Positions 37,527 through 49,192 of a DNA stretch of 64,000 nt are shown here, in pieces. Under the pieces are notes generated by a model that searched no databases, was not told the origin of the DNA, and worked only from the letters and a program-made list of their open reading frames with translations. The stretch is taken from NCBI GenBank assembly GCA_963667785.2, contig CAXXMU010000005.1, positions 1 through 64,000 of the forward strand, written 5' to 3'. This stretch comes from Alphaproteobacteria bacterium. GTDB taxonomy: Bacteria; Pseudomonadota; Alphaproteobacteria; UBA828. How positions within the stretch are numbered: position 1 is the first letter of the stretch; every line of letters begins with the position of its first letter. A program made the position numbers and the translations under genes.

Positions 37527-38837
37527 CTAGAAGCGGACCTCGAACCTGCGCCTGAGATAGATCGCCACCGCGTTCATGGCGATGAGGAAGGCCAGCAGCA
37601 CGAGGATCGCCGCCGAGACCTTCTCGACGAAGCCACGCTCCGGGCTGTCCGCCCAGAGGAAGATCTGAACGGGGAGCGCCGTCGCCGGGTCGAAGGGGCC
37701 GCCGGGGATGTCGACGATGAAGGCCACCATCCCGATCATCAAGAGCGGCGCGGTCTCGCCCAGCGCCCTCGCCATGCCGATGATCGTGCCGGTGAGGATG
37801 CCGGGCGTGGCCAGCGGCAGCACGTGGTGGAAGACCATCTGGATGGGCGAGGCGCCGACGCCGTAGGCGCCCTCGCGGATCGAGGGCGGCACCGCCTTCA
37901 GCGCGGAGCGCGCCGCGATGATGATCGTCGGCAGCGTCATCAGGGTGAGCGTCAGCCCGCCCACGATGGGCGCCGACCGCGGCAGGTGAAAGAGGTTGAT
38001 GAACACCGCGAGCCCCAGCAGACCGAACACGATGGACGGCACCGCCGCGAGGTTGTTGATGTTCACCTCGATCATGTCGGTGATGCGGTTCTTAGGCGCG
38101 AACTCCTCGAGATAGATTGCCGCGGTCACGCCGATCGGGAAGGTCAGCACCAGCGTGACCAGCAACATGTAGAACGAGCCCGCGATGGCGCCGCCGATGC
38201 CGGCGATCTCCGGCTCCCGCGAATCCGCATTCGTGAAGAACGCGCCGTTGAATCCGGTCTCGATGAAGCCGGCGGCATCGAGCCTGTCGATCCAGCCCAA
38301 CTGCTGGTCGTCGAGGCGTCGCTCGTCCTCCGGCACGTCGCGCGGCGCGCTTCCCTTGTTGAGCATGTCCAGGTCGCTCGACGCGGTAAGCCAGACGCGC
38401 CACGTGGTGCCGACGATCGAGGGATCGTCAACCAGCAGCTCCCGCAACTCGAAGCGCGCAGCCGTGCTCACGAGCTTCAGGAGCTTGCGCCGCTCCTTCC
38501 GCGTGGTCACCTCGGGGAAGGCAGCGAAGACGGCTTCCCGCAAGAGCTTGCCGTAATCCGCGCGCTGCAGCTCTTCGGCGGTGGGCGCCTCGCCCACGCC
38601 GAGGACCTTGGGATCGAAATCGACCTCGAGCGCGACCGATGTCCTGACGAAGGCAGGGTAGCCCTCGGCGATGACGCTGCCGATCAGCAGCGCAAGGAAG
38701 CCGAGTGCCACGAAGACGGCGACAAGGCCGTAGGCCTTGAAGCGGCGCTCGGCACGGTAGCGCCGGCGCAGCCTGCGCTTCGTCCAATCCGCGTCCTGCC
38801 AGGCTCCGGCGAGCCGCGGTTCTGCGATGTCAATCAT
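37527..38837 (-). CDS. pstA: Phosphate ABC permease
   Basis: [25 protein letters not shown]. Confidence 0.96.
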   Translation of the reverse strand: MIDIAEPRLAGAWQDADWTKRRLRRRYRAERRFKAYGLVAVFVALGFLALLIGSVIAEGYPAFVRTSVALEVDFDPKVLGVGEAPTAEELQRADYGKLLREAVFAAFPEVTTRKERRKLLKLVSTAARFELRELLVDDPSIVGTTWRVWLTASSDLDMLNKGSAPRDVPEDERRLDDQQLGWIDRLDAAGFIETGFNGAFFTNADSREPEIAGIGGAIAGSFYMLLVTLVLTFPIGVTAAIYLEEFAPKNRITDMIEVNINNLAAVPSIVFGLLGLAVFINLFHLPRSAPIVGGLTLTLMTLPTIIIAARSALKAVPPSIREGAYGVGASPIQMVFHHVLPLATPGILTGTIIGMARALGETAPLLMIGMVAFIVDIPGGPFDPATALPVQIFLWADSPERGFVEKVSAAILVLLAFLIAMNAVAIYLRRRFEVRF

Positions 38838-40212
38838 ACTGCTCCCGATACTTGCGCGCGATGTGGAGCGCGAAGATGTTGAGCGCCAGCGTCACGACGA
38901 AGAGCATGAGCCCGAGCGCGAAGGCCGCCAGCGTCTTGGCGCTGTCGAACTCCTGATCGCCCACTAGCAGCGTCACGATCTGCACCGTGACAGTGGTCAC
39001 CGCATCGAGCGGATTGGCGGTGAGGTTGGCGGCGAGGCCCGCGGCCATCACCACGATCATGGTCTCGCCGATGGCCCGGCTCACGGCGAGAAGGCAGGCG
39101 GCGACGATCCCGTGCAACGCCGCCGGCAGGATCACCTTGACCACGGTCTCCGACTTGGTGGCCCCCATGGCGAGCGAGCCCTCGCGCAGCGAATTCGGCA
39201 CGGCGACGATGGCGTCATCGCTCAGCGACGAGATGAAGGGGATGATCATGATGCCCATGACGACGCCGGCGGCGAGCGCGCTTTCGGACGCCACGTCGAG
39301 GCCGATCGATTCGCCGATTCCCCTGAACGTCGGCGCCACCACCAGCGCAGCGAAGAAGCCGTAGACCACCGTGGGCACGCCGGCCAGGATCTCCAGGATC
39401 GGCTTGGTCACGTTGCGGAAGCGGGGGCTGGCGAACTCGGCCATGTAGATGGCGGCGAAGAGGCCGACCGGGAGCGCCACCAGCATCGCGATCAGCGTGA
39501 TCATCAGCGTGCCGGTGAAGAGCGGTATCGCGCCGAAGGCGCCGGTGCTGCCCACTTGGTCCGCACGGATGGCGGTCTGCGGGCTCCATTTCAGGCCGAA
39601 GAGGAAGTCCCAGAAGGGGATGATCGAGAAGAAGCGGATCGATTCGAACAGCACCGAGAGGACGATGCCGATGGTGGTGACGATCGCGACGCAGGAGGAC
39701 AGGATGAGCGCGATGTTCACGAAGCGCTCGACCTTGTTGCGCGCCCGCAAGGAAGGCGCAATGCGGCGCCAGGCCCAGCCGAAGCCGGCGCCTCCCACGG
39801 CGAGCCCGATCGCCAGCACCGCGGCCTGGGCGGTGGCTTTCATGCTGGCGTAGCGGTCCGCCGCGGCCTGCAGGGCCGGGTCCACCTCGCGGCTCACCAC
39901 GTCGCCCGATGCCAGGTTGCGCACGTCGTTGAGAAGGAGGCCGATCATCGCCTCCGACTGCTCCGCCACCACCGGCCCGAGCGTGGAGAGCAGCAGTGCC
40001 TCCAGGATCGGCGCCTCGATGATCAGCCAGACGACGAGGACGATGCCGGAAGGAATCCCGCACCAGAGCGCCATGTACCAGCCGTGATAGCCCGGCATCG
40101 AGTGGAGCTTGCCGAGATTGGAGCCGGCCGCGCTCAGCGCCCGGCGACGACCGAAATAGAGGCCGATGACCGCCAGCGCTAGAATCGCGATGAGGAGGAT
40201 GGTGAGCTGCAC
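38830..40212 (-). CDS. pstC: Phosphate ABC permease
   Basis: KPILEILAGVPTVVYGFF, SRAIGETMIV. Confidence 0.96.
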   Translation of the reverse strand: MQLTILLIAILALAVIGLYFGRRRALSAAGSNLGKLHSMPGYHGWYMALWCGIPSGIVLVVWLIIEAPILEALLLSTLGPVVAEQSEAMIGLLLNDVRNLASGDVVSREVDPALQAAADRYASMKATAQAAVLAIGLAVGGAGFGWAWRRIAPSLRARNKVERFVNIALILSSCVAIVTTIGIVLSVLFESIRFFSIIPFWDFLFGLKWSPQTAIRADQVGSTGAFGAIPLFTGTLMITLIAMLVALPVGLFAAIYMAEFASPRFRNVTKPILEILAGVPTVVYGFFAALVVAPTFRGIGESIGLDVASESALAAGVVMGIMIIPFISSLSDDAIVAVPNSLREGSLAMGATKSETVVKVILPAALHGIVAACLLAVSRAIGETMIVVMAAGLAANLTANPLDAVTTVTVQIVTLLVGDQEFDSAKTLAAFALGLMLFVVTLALNIFALHIARKYREQYD

Positions 40213-40289
40213 GCCGTCCGGCCGTCCCCGCGGCTTGCGCTCGGTCGAGCGAGCGCGAGCCCAGCGTGTTATCGGGCCGGTTCAGGAAT

Positions 40290-40318
40290 AAGTCAGATTT
40301 GTTACGCTATTATGACGG
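40290..40318 (-). promoter_or_regulatory. Pho box upstream of pstC
   Basis: CCGTCAT-aata-GCGTAAC-aaat-CTGACTT, 11-bp period. Confidence 0.6.
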
Positions 40319-41785
40319 CGCCCCCGGCGCGGCGGCCGTCGTGCCACCGGCCGGACCCTCGCTGCTCCCCGCTACCGCTGCGTCCTGCGCGCCCTCAGCC
40401 GGCTGCAGGTAGACCGTGAACGTGCTGCCTTGGCCGGGGGCGCTGTCGACGGTGAGCGCGCCGCGGTGCCGGTTCACGATGTGCTTGACGATGGCGAGCC
40501 CGAGCCCGGTGCCGCCGAGCTCGCGCGAGCGCGCCTTGTCGACTCGGTAGAAGCGTTCCGTGAGCCGCGGCAGGTGCTCGCGCGGGATCCCCGCACCCTG
40601 GTCGACGACGGAGACCGAGACCGCGCCGTCCCTCCCCGCCGCCCAGCCGGTCGCCTGCGCCTCCGCGACCCGGCGCGCCTCCACCCTCACCGTGCCCCGG
40701 TCGTCGCCATACTTGATCGCGTTGTCGACGAGGTTGAGGAACACCTGGGTGAGCTCGTCGCCGTCGCCGATCACCGCCGGCAATGCGTCCTCGGCGTCGA
40801 TGGCGACCGCGACGCCGCGCCTCTCGGCCTGCCAGGCGAGGGTGTTCCGGACATGGGTGAGCAGGGAGGGGAGCGGCACCGAGTCCGTGGGCGGCGTGTG
40901 CTCGTTCATCTCGATGCGCGAGAGCGAGAGCAGGTCCTCGACCAGGCGCGCCATGCGCTTGCCGTGCTGGTCCATGATGGCGAGGAAGCGCTCCCGCGCC
41001 TCCGCGTCGTCGCGGGCCGAGCCCTGCAGCGTCTCGATGAAGCCCATCAGGGTGGCGAGCGGGGTGCGGATTTCGTGGCTCGCATTGGCGACGAAATCGG
41101 CCCGCATCTGGTCGGTGCGGCGCACCGCCGTCAAGTCGACGAGCGCGAGCAGCAGCGCGGCCCCGCCCTCTCTCGGCTCCGGCAGTGGCTCGACCCGCGC
41201 CGCGAAGGTGCGCTCGACGGGCGCCTGCAGGGTGAACTCGATGTCGCGCCCGCCGCCGCCGTCGATGGTCTGCTCCACCGCCTCGATGAGCTGCGGATTG
41301 CGCAGGGAGGCGGAGATGTGCCGCCCGCTCACCTCGTCGCCCAGCAGCGACGTCGCCGCCCGGTTGGCGCGGACGATCTTGCGGTCGGCACCCAGCAGGA
41401 GCAGCGGCTCGGGCAATGCGTCGAGCGCGCGATCGAGCTCGGCACGCTCGCCGGCGAGCCGCGCCCGGCCCTCCGCAGCGGCGCGCAGGTGGCGTTCGAT
41501 CGCGATCGCGAGCTCACGGGTCAGCGTCCCCGCCGGCGCGTTCTCTCCGCTGCCGGTCCCTTCCCCGGCGGATGTCTCCACGTGGCGCGCCAGCAGGCCG
41601 ACCTCCCTGAGCGCCACGTAGGCCACCAGGGCCGCCAGCAGGCTGAGGCCGGCCCAGGCTGCGGCCGCGGGGACGGGCGGCGTGAGATCGAGCAGGGCCA
41701 GCAGGAGGAAGGCGAGCCCGAGCGGGAGCGACGCCGCAAGGCTGATCCGTGCCCACCGGCGGAGCGGAACAACGTGCGCCGCCAT
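40310..41785 (-). CDS. phoR: Phosphate regulon sensor kinase
   Basis: PAS; DFVANASHEIRTPL; NLVDNAIKY; RLTERFYRVD; GGTGLGLAIVKH. Confidence 0.93.
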   Translation of the reverse strand: MAAHVVPLRRWARISLAASLPLGLAFLLLALLDLTPPVPAAAAWAGLSLLAALVAYVALREVGLLARHVETSAGEGTGSGENAPAGTLTRELAIAIERHLRAAAEGRARLAGERAELDRALDALPEPLLLLGADRKIVRANRAATSLLGDEVSGRHISASLRNPQLIEAVEQTIDGGGGRDIEFTLQAPVERTFAARVEPLPEPREGGAALLLALVDLTAVRRTDQMRADFVANASHEIRTPLATLMGFIETLQGSARDDAEARERFLAIMDQHGKRMARLVEDLLSLSRIEMNEHTPPTDSVPLPSLLTHVRNTLAWQAERRGVAVAIDAEDALPAVIGDGDELTQVFLNLVDNAIKYGDDRGTVRVEARRVAEAQATGWAAGRDGAVSVSVVDQGAGIPREHLPRLTERFYRVDKARSRELGGTGLGLAIVKHIVNRHRGALTVDSAPGQGSTFTVYLQPAEGAQDAAVAGSSEGPAGGTTAAAPGAPS

Positions 41786-41849
41786 CGTTCGGCTCCCTCC
41801 GCTCGGTGATCCGTCTACCTGAGTCTATCAAAGGGCGCAGGGTGCAGGC

Positions 41850-41867
41850 ATGACGAATATATGTCAG
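41850..41867 (-). promoter_or_regulatory. Pho box upstream of phoR
   Basis: CTGACAT-atat-TCGTCAT versus CTGTCAT-N4-CTGTCAT consensus. Confidence 0.7.
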
Positions 41868-41947
41868 CCGGAGGGCAGCGGCGAGGGCGGCCGGCGCACG
41901 AAACGCCGGCCGTGACCGTGGCGAGAAATCCGGGCTAATGTCGCGCC

Positions 41948-44683
41948 ATGCCCGAGGACGCCGAGGCGAAAGCGCCCGCCGCGCCACACGCCGCCCGCGG
42001 CGCTCGCCGGGGTCGGCCGCGCGCCCGCCGCGTCGAGACGGCGACGCCGATGATGGCGCAGTATCTCGAGATCAAGGGCAGCCATCCGGACCACCTTCTC
42101 TTCTACCGGATGGGGGATTTCTACGAGCTCTTCTTCGACGATGCGCGCGAGGCGGCAGACGCGCTCGACATCGCGCTGACCAAGCGCGGCCTCCACCAGG
42201 GGCAGGAGGTGCCCATGTGCGGAGTGCCCGTCGTGAGCGCCGAGGGCTACCTCCAGCGGCTCATCCGCAAGGGCTTCAGGGTCGCGGTATGCGAGCAGGT
42301 CGAGGACCCGGCGGAGGCCCGCAAGCGCGGGCCCAAGGCGGTCGTGCGCCGCGAGGTGATCCGGCTGGTGACGCCGGGAACGCTGAGCGAGGATGCGCTG
42401 CTCGATGCGCGGGCGGCGAACCATCTCGCCGCGCTCGCCCGGGCGGAGGGCGCGCTGGCGCTCGCCTGGGCCGAGATGTCCACCGGCGAATTCGCGGTGA
42501 TGGAGGTCTCCGAGGCCGCGCTGCCGGCAGCCCTTGCCCGCCTCGAGCCCGGTGAGATCTTGGTGCCGGAGCCGCTGCTGGAGACGCCGGCGCTCTTCGA
42601 GCTCTTCGCCGAGTGGAAGCGGGCGCTCACGCCGCAGCCGCGCTCGCTCTTCGACAGCGTTGCCGCGGGCCGCGACCTCGCCGCGTTCTATGGCGTCGCC
42701 TCCCTCGACGGCCTCGGCAGCTTCGGCCGCGCCGAGCTCGCCGCGGCCGGCGCCATCCTCGGCTACCTGCGCCTCACCCAGAACGGCCGCCTCCCCCGGC
42801 TCGCGCGGCTCCGAGCGACGCAGGCCGGCGCGTCGATGGCGATCGACGCCGCGACCAGGCGCAATCTCGAGCTTACGGCGGCGCTCGACGGCGGCAGCGC
42901 GGGAAGCCTGCTCGCCGTCATCGACCGCACCGTGACCGGCGCCGGTGCCAGGCTGCTCAGGGCGCAGCTCACCGCACCGCTCACCGACCCTGCCGCGATC
43001 GGCGAGCGGCTCGATGCCGTCGGCTTCCTGATCGAGGCGGAGCGTGCACGCCACAATCTCCGCGAACGGCTCCGCCGCTGCCCGGACGTGGAGCGTGCGC
43101 TCTCCCGCCTCGGGCTCGGCCGGGGCGGCCCGCGCGACCTCGCCGCCGTGCGCGATACGCTGGGCCAGGTTCCGGCAATCCGCGAAGCGCTCGGCAGCGC
43201 CGCGGACGGCAGCCTGCAGGCGCCGCCGAAGGCGCTCCAGACGCACGCGCAGGCGCTCGGTCACCACGAGGCCCTGGCCGAGCGGCTCGCCCGGGCGCTG
43301 GTGGCGAGCCCGCCGCTCGCCATCCGGGACGGCGGCGCGATCGCGCGCGGCTACGACCAGGCGCTCGACGACCTGGTGGAGCTGCGCGACCACAGCCGAC
43401 GCCTGATCGGCGAGCTGGAGGCCCGCTACCGCGCGGAGACCGGCGTGGGCGCGCTCAAGGTGCGCCACAACAACGTGCTCGGCTACTACGTAGAGACGCC
43501 GGCTGCGCGGGCCGGCGCGCTGCCGGAGCAGTTCATTCACCGGCAGACCATGGCCAGCGCCATGCGCTACACCACGGTGGAGCTGGGCGAGCTCGAGGCG
43601 CGGATCAACGGCGCGGCCGAGAGGGCCCTTGCCCTCGAGCAGCAGCACTTCGACGACCTCCGCGCCGACGTCCTGCGCCGGGCCGACGACATCGCGCGCA
43701 CGGCCGGGGCGCTGGCCGCGCTCGACGTGGCCCAGGGGCTCGCGCATCTTGCGGTCGGGCGGCGTTACACGCGGCCCGTCGTCGACGACACCACGGCCTT
43801 CGAGATCGAGGGCGGGCGCCACCCGGTCGTGGAGGCGGTGGGCGCCGGCGGCGATGCGCCCTTCGTCCCCAACGATTGCGACCTCGGTACGGCGGCCCGC
43901 ATCTGGCTCGTCACCGGCCCCAACATGGCAGGCAAGAGCACCTTCCTGCGCCAGAATGCGCTGATCGCGGTGCTGGCCCAGATGGGCTCGTTCGTCCCCG
44001 CCACCTCCGCCCGCATCGGCGCGGTCGACCGACTCTTCTCCCGCGTCGGCGCGGCGGACGACCTCGCGCGCGGGCGCTCTACCTTCATGGTGGAGATGGT
44101 GGAGACCGCCGCCATCCTCAATCAGGCCGGCGAGCGGGCGCTGGTGATCCTCGACGAAATCGGTCGCGGCACCGCCACCTACGACGGCCTCTCCATCGCC
44201 TGGGCGGCGATCGAGCATCTGCACGATGGCAACCGCTGCCGGGCGCTGTTCGCCACCCATTATCACGAGCTCACCGTGCTCGCCCGGAAGCTGGACGGGC
44301 TGGCCTGTCACACCATGCGGATCAAGGAGTGGCAGGGCTCGGTCGTCTTCCTGCACGAGGTGGCGCAGGGCGCGGCCGACCGCTCCTACGGTATCCATGT
44401 GGCGCGCCTCGCCGGCCTGCCCGAGGCGGTGCTGGCCCGCGCCGAGGAGGTGCTGGCGCTGCTCGAGCAGGGCGATCAGGCCGCCGCCGCCGCCCGGCTC
44501 GCGAACGACCTCCCGCTCTTCCAGTCCCGCCCGCCGGCGGAGCCCGCCCCGGCGGAACCCGCGCCCGACCCGCTCCGCGCCCGCCTCGCGGCGATCAACC
44601 CGGACGACCTCACCCCGCGCGCTGCGCTGGAGATCCTCTACGAGCTTCGCGCGGCGCTCGAAGACGACCAAAGTCCTGACTGA
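41948..44683 (+). CDS. mutS: DNA mismatch repair protein
   Basis: [42 protein letters not shown]. Confidence 0.98.
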   Translation: MPEDAEAKAPAAPHAARGARRGRPRARRVETATPMMAQYLEIKGSHPDHLLFYRMGDFYELFFDDAREAADALDIALTKRGLHQGQEVPMCGVPVVSAEGYLQRLIRKGFRVAVCEQVEDPAEARKRGPKAVVRREVIRLVTPGTLSEDALLDARAANHLAALARAEGALALAWAEMSTGEFAVMEVSEAALPAALARLEPGEILVPEPLLETPALFELFAEWKRALTPQPRSLFDSVAAGRDLAAFYGVASLDGLGSFGRAELAAAGAILGYLRLTQNGRLPRLARLRATQAGASMAIDAATRRNLELTAALDGGSAGSLLAVIDRTVTGAGARLLRAQLTAPLTDPAAIGERLDAVGFLIEAERARHNLRERLRRCPDVERALSRLGLGRGGPRDLAAVRDTLGQVPAIREALGSAADGSLQAPPKALQTHAQALGHHEALAERLARALVASPPLAIRDGGAIARGYDQALDDLVELRDHSRRLIGELEARYRAETGVGALKVRHNNVLGYYVETPAARAGALPEQFIHRQTMASAMRYTTVELGELEARINGAAERALALEQQHFDDLRADVLRRADDIARTAGALAALDVAQGLAHLAVGRRYTRPVVDDTTAFEIEGGRHPVVEAVGAGGDAPFVPNDCDLGTAARIWLVTGPNMAGKSTFLRQNALIAVLAQMGSFVPATSARIGAVDRLFSRVGAADDLARGRSTFMVEMVETAAILNQAGERALVILDEIGRGTATYDGLSIAWAAIEHLHDGNRCRALFATHYHELTVLARKLDGLACHTMRIKEWQGSVVFLHEVAQGAADRSYGIHVARLAGLPEAVLARAEEVLALLEQGDQAAAAARLANDLPLFQSRPPAEPAPAEPAPDPLRARLAAINPDDLTPRAALEILYELRAALEDDQSPD

Positions 44684-44847
44684 GTCCCGAAGGCGTGCCG
44701 GCAGATTGCGGCAAGACTTGTGACCGTGAGGTCAATGAGACGACATAGATTTAGTGCCCGCATGTTATAGCAAAAAACATGACCATAGGGCTAACAGGCC
44801 GGTATAAAGTCTAGTGAGGGAGATCAACAACGGTTCCGCCAGGGGCC

Positions 44848-47800
44848 ATGAAATCACCACCGTTCATCTGCGAGTGTCCGAGCGCTGTCGATGAGGCCGC
44901 TTCTATGCCTGTGACACGCGGGGAGGACGTGCGCCCGCTTGCCGCCGGGCGGAGCCCGGCGCCGCCTCCCGGTATCCGCCTGGCGCGGCCCGTGTTTTCC
45001 TGCGCCCGGATCGCTCCACCCCTTCTCGGCATCGCTGCGATGCTCGGGCTTGCGGCCTGCCAGGGGCAGCACACGCTTCAGCTTGCAGACGGAGAGGAGC
45101 GTCCGGACCTTTCCCACACCGAGAACGTCTCCGGCGAGCCCATCGTTTCCGGCGGGGATGAGTCGTCCGGCGAGCCGGCGACGACTGAAACGACCGGGAC
45201 CGGCGGCGGACCATCCGACGATGCCGGTCAAGACGATGACGAATTGCAGGACGACCAGCCATCGTCGGAGGCTGCCGTGGTGCTCGGCACGGCTGCAGGC
45301 GGCTCACGCCTGGTCCAGCTACCGCGCAACAACCCGACTGCTACCGACCTTCTCGATCACTGGGGGCATCGGCAGAGTGACGGAATCGCGGATGGTCTCT
45401 CGCTGGCCGAACCCGCCGACGGGGCCGATGCGGCGGACCTGCGGCGCCTGCAAGCGGCTGCGCAGACGGATGACGGGCCACCGGTGGCCCCCGATCTTCA
45501 GGAGGGCGACGAGGTCCGTGTGCTGGGCGCGCGCCGCGGGGTGACTTACGGGCGCTGGAGCGGCGGGCCGGCCGACACGCTCTCGATCGAATTCGACGTC
45601 TCGCGAGCAAGCTGGCGGGTGCGCAACGATCCCGCCTTCCGCGCCATGCTGAAGCGGGCCGGCAAGGCGTGGAGCCACCGCATCGCCGACACCTGGTCCA
45701 CGTGGGAGCGGCAGGAAGGCGACTTCAAGGGCTATTACATCGACGGCGGCGATCACACCCAGGTCTACGTCGGAGCCGGCGGCGAGATCAGCACCGGCCT
45801 CGAAATAGACGTCAAGGACGAAGACCTTTCGGAGGGAACTGCCGGCTGGGCGAACGAGGGAGCCCGACGGCCTGGCGGAGCGTGGGAGCCTCGGTTCGGA
45901 TCGATCGAGATCGACAGCGACTTCCTTCGGGATGCCGGGGAGGCCAATTTGTTCAGTACGCTGGCCCACGAGATCGGCCACGTGCTGGGAGCATGGAAGG
46001 GAGGCGCAGAGACAGAGGGCTACGTCCCCTATACGGACACCGAAGCGGGCACCTGGACGGGGCCGAACGTGACTGCCCTCTATGGCGGCCCCGCGCCGTT
46101 CCAGGACGCCGCCAATTCGCATGACTGGGTGGACGGCGAGCGCGATCCGCTGGCAATGGAGTACGACTTCGCCCACAGCGGCGTCTGCGCCTCGCTCATG
46201 GCCTACTGTGGCAGTGGTGAGGCGTTAGAGCCGTATCTGCCTCACGCGATCGACTTCGCGTTCCTCGCCGACCTCGGCATGACGGTGAATGACGAGACCG
46301 AGCGGCCCGAGACCTACGGCCTCGGGGGCTGGACCGACTACGCCGCCTTCACGCTCGCCGTCTCGCGCGACCTGCACGTGGCGCGCGCGGACCCGCAGCC
46401 GCATTACGACGGCGCAGCCAATCCGTGGCGGACGCTCGAAATCACCGATCTCCTGCGGGTGGGTGCCGACGCCTTCGGCTACCGCAGCACGGGCGACATC
46501 GGCATGTCCTATCCCTCGGCCGAGTCCATGGGAAGGGTCTGCTACGCGGGCGGGCTGATCGGCGCCGCAATCGATTATGACGGGATGCCGCCCGTCACCG
46601 GAGACGCCAATCTTGCGATCGATCTCGGGACGCTGGACGGCACGGCGAGTTTCACCTCGCTGGCGGTCGCCGCTGACGGAATGCCCGAGACCTTCGCCGA
46701 CGGCGCCCTCTACTATCCGCTCACCATTGCGGACAACGCGATTCGCGGAACGGAGGCGGAGTCGACGCTGTCTGCGGACTTCTACGGACCCAAACACGAG
46801 GACGTTGCGGGAACGCTCCACGATCCGAGGGCGGGTCTGCTGGCGAGCTTCGGGGCGACCCACGACGACCGGCCCGACCGCGAGGGCGTGATCGATGCCG
46901 CGACGTACCTGACGGGTCGGACCTATCAGAGCGACGCGGCCGGCTCGGCCGACGACGTCTGGACCGACTACTGGTGTGTGGAGGGGTCTTCCTGCGAAAC
47001 GAACGTATTCAGGTCGGGCTCGTGGAGTGGTCGGACGGCGACAACGCGAGACGCTGTCGTTGCCGCCACGGCCGGATGGGACGGGCGCGAAGCGGCGATA
47101 CTCGTGGCGGACCGCGATGTCTTGCGGATCGAGCGGCAGACGGCCGCATCCACCGACGGCCGCCGGGGACGTCATGTCGTCGACGGCTACTTCGGGATCA
47201 TGGAACACGGCGCGTTCGGAGTCGGGTTCGAGAAGTACAGCAGCGAATGGACGGACTCGATCGGCACGCCCGGGGGTCACTATCGCTGGTGGAAGGGTGC
47301 CCAAGGGGCAATGTCGGGCCACCCTCCGGATGTTCGCGCGCAATGGTCCGGCCTCATGCTCGGATACCAGGGCAGGCACGACGCGCACGACGACCCGTTT
47401 GTGGAGGGCGTCGCGACCGTCGACTTCCACCTGGCTCCGAGCCGCGTGGACGTGACGTTCTCGGATATCGCGAGCCGGGATGGCCGGCGGACCCTGCCCG
47501 ACATCAGATTCCGGGGGCTCGAAGCGCGGGCCAACGGGACCATCTGGGGCAACCCTGAGAGTGGATGGCTGCGGGGATCCTTTGTCGGCCCCGAGCACGA
47601 GGAGGCGGTCGGCATCTTCTCTCACTCCGCGACCGTCGTGCGGGGCAGCTTCGGCGCAGGGGCCGTCCCGGACACCTTTACGCTGGAGGAAACGGGCGCC
47701 GTCTCGTTTATCGGAGAGTACAGCGACAGCTCCGGAACGAAATCGATCTATGCATACGACGATTGGGGATACTGGGGCCGGCAGTTCGGGGGGACCGTGT

Positions 47801-48216
47801 TCACGGCAGTCATCGAGCAAGACATCAGGCGCGAAGGCGATATCACCACCTACTATGCGCCAAGCACGAGTGTTTCCGGAACACGGAGCGGGAACAATCC
47901 GGTATCCGGAGAGGCCGTATGGCGCGGGGGTGTGCGGGCATTCAGCACGGGCGCCTCGGGCTACCTGCCCGTGAGCGGTAGCGCCCGGCTGGAGGTCGAC
48001 TTCTCCGACTCGACGGTGGACGTTGACTTCACCGATTTCGACAGGGGGCACGGCAACTTGTCGTGGCAGGGGCTGCAGATGACGGCGGGCTCGTTCCGCG
48101 ACGCGCAGAGCCAGCCGACCATCGAGGGGGCGTTCTACGGAACGGACCATCAAGGGGCGGCCGGCAGTTTCGATCGCGACAATCTCAAGGGCGTTTTCGG
48201 CGCCGTCCGCGACTGA
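44848..48216 (+). CDS. Large lipoprotein: leishmanolysin(M8)-like metalloprotease plus three TbpB-like barrels
   Basis: Lipobox LAAC; HEIGHVLG...FAHSG...SLM; three FxGxxHx..G...FGA barrel ends; start codon uncertain. Confidence 0.75.
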   Translation: MKSPPFICECPSAVDEAASMPVTRGEDVRPLAAGRSPAPPPGIRLARPVFSCARIAPPLLGIAAMLGLAACQGQHTLQLADGEERPDLSHTENVSGEPIVSGGDESSGEPATTETTGTGGGPSDDAGQDDDELQDDQPSSEAAVVLGTAAGGSRLVQLPRNNPTATDLLDHWGHRQSDGIADGLSLAEPADGADAADLRRLQAAAQTDDGPPVAPDLQEGDEVRVLGARRGVTYGRWSGGPADTLSIEFDVSRASWRVRNDPAFRAMLKRAGKAWSHRIADTWSTWERQEGDFKGYYIDGGDHTQVYVGAGGEISTGLEIDVKDEDLSEGTAGWANEGARRPGGAWEPRFGSIEIDSDFLRDAGEANLFSTLAHEIGHVLGAWKGGAETEGYVPYTDTEAGTWTGPNVTALYGGPAPFQDAANSHDWVDGERDPLAMEYDFAHSGVCASLMAYCGSGEALEPYLPHAIDFAFLADLGMTVNDETERPETYGLGGWTDYAAFTLAVSRDLHVARADPQPHYDGAANPWRTLEITDLLRVGADAFGYRSTGDIGMSYPSAESMGRVCYAGGLIGAAIDYDGMPPVTGDANLAIDLGTLDGTASFTSLAVAADGMPETFADGALYYPLTIADNAIRGTEAESTLSADFYGPKHEDVAGTLHDPRAGLLASFGATHDDRPDREGVIDAATYLTGRTYQSDAAGSADDVWTDYWCVEGSSCETNVFRSGSWSGRTATTRDAVVAATAGWDGREAAILVADRDVLRIERQTAASTDGRRGRHVVDGYFGIMEHGAFGVGFEKYSSEWTDSIGTPGGHYRWWKGAQGAMSGHPPDVRAQWSGLMLGYQGRHDAHDDPFVEGVATVDFHLAPSRVDVTFSDIASRDGRRTLPDIRFRGLEARANGTIWGNPESGWLRGSFVGPEHEEAVGIFSHSATVVRGSFGAGAVPDTFTLEETGAVSFIGEYSDSSGTKSIYAYDDWGYWGRQFGGTVFTAVIEQDIRREGDITTYYAPSTSVSGTRSGNNPVSGEAVWRGGVRAFSTGASGYLPVSGSARLEVDFSDSTVDVDFTDFDRGHGNLSWQGLQMTAGSFRDAQSQPTIEGAFYGTDHQGAAGSFDRDNLKGVFGAVRD

Positions 48217-48325
48217 ACGACACTCTCCCACCGCACATCGGCCCCTTGATGCGAGCCCGGACTGACCCGGGCCGCCGCGCCGGTGTAGGATCGGGGCCCG
48301 AACAGCAGCGGGGTCGCAACAGGCG

Positions 48326-49192
48326 ATGAAGCCGCCCCCTTTCGCCTACGAATGCCCGACCGAGGTGGCGGACGCCGTCGCCCTGCTGGCCGCGCACGGC
48401 GGCGAGGCCAGGCCGCTCGCCGGCGGGCAGAGCCTGGTGCCGCTGCTCAACTTCCGCCTGGCGCGGCCGGCCATGCTGGTCGATCTCAACCGCATCGAGG
48501 CGCTCCGCTCCGTCACGGTCGAGGGTGGTGTGCTCCGCATCGGCGCCATGGCCCGCCAGGCGGAGGTCGAGTCCGATCCGGTAGTGGCCCGCGGCTGGCC
48601 GATCCTCGCCGAGGCCATCGGCCACATCGCCCATCCCCAGATTCGCAACCGCGGCACCGTCGGCGGCAGCCTCGCGCTGAACGACCCGGCGGCCGAGCTG
48701 CCGGCGGTGATGCTGGCCGTCGATGCGGAGATGCGCGCAGAGGGGCCTGCGGGACAGCGCAGCATCGCGGCACGCGATTTCTTCGCGGGCATGATGGAGA
48801 CGGCGCTGGCGCCGGACGAGCTGCTCACCGAGATCAGGGTGCCGGCGCTGCCCGCAGGCACCGGCTGGGGTTTCGAGGAGGCCGCGCGGCGTGCGGGCGA
48901 CTTCGCGCTGGTTGCGGCCTGCGTCCTGCTGAGCCCCGGCGCGGACGGCGAGCTCGCGGCCCGCGTCGTGCTCACCGGTATCGGCGCGGGACCGGCGCGA
49001 GCGCGCGAGGCGGAGGCGATTCTCGTCGAGCGCGGCTGGGGCGGCGATGCCTGCGAGGCGGCGGGCGCCGCTGCGGCAGCGGCGTCCGAGCCTGCGGATG
49101 ACCCGCACGCGCCGGCGTGGTATCGGCGCAGGCTCGTGGCGGCGCTGACCGCGCGCGCAAGCCGGCGGGCACTCCAGCGGATGGGGCGCTGA
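48326..49192 (+). CDS. Xanthine dehydrogenase-family FAD subunit (CoxM-like)
   Basis: LAGGQSLVP, QIRNRGTVGGS, GDFA. Confidence 0.92.
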   Translation: MKPPPFAYECPTEVADAVALLAAHGGEARPLAGGQSLVPLLNFRLARPAMLVDLNRIEALRSVTVEGGVLRIGAMARQAEVESDPVVARGWPILAEAIGHIAHPQIRNRGTVGGSLALNDPAAELPAVMLAVDAEMRAEGPAGQRSIAARDFFAGMMETALAPDELLTEIRVPALPAGTGWGFEEAARRAGDFALVAACVLLSPGADGELAARVVLTGIGAGPARAREAEAILVERGWGGDACEAAGAAAAAASEPADDPHAPAWYRRRLVAALTARASRRALQRMGR

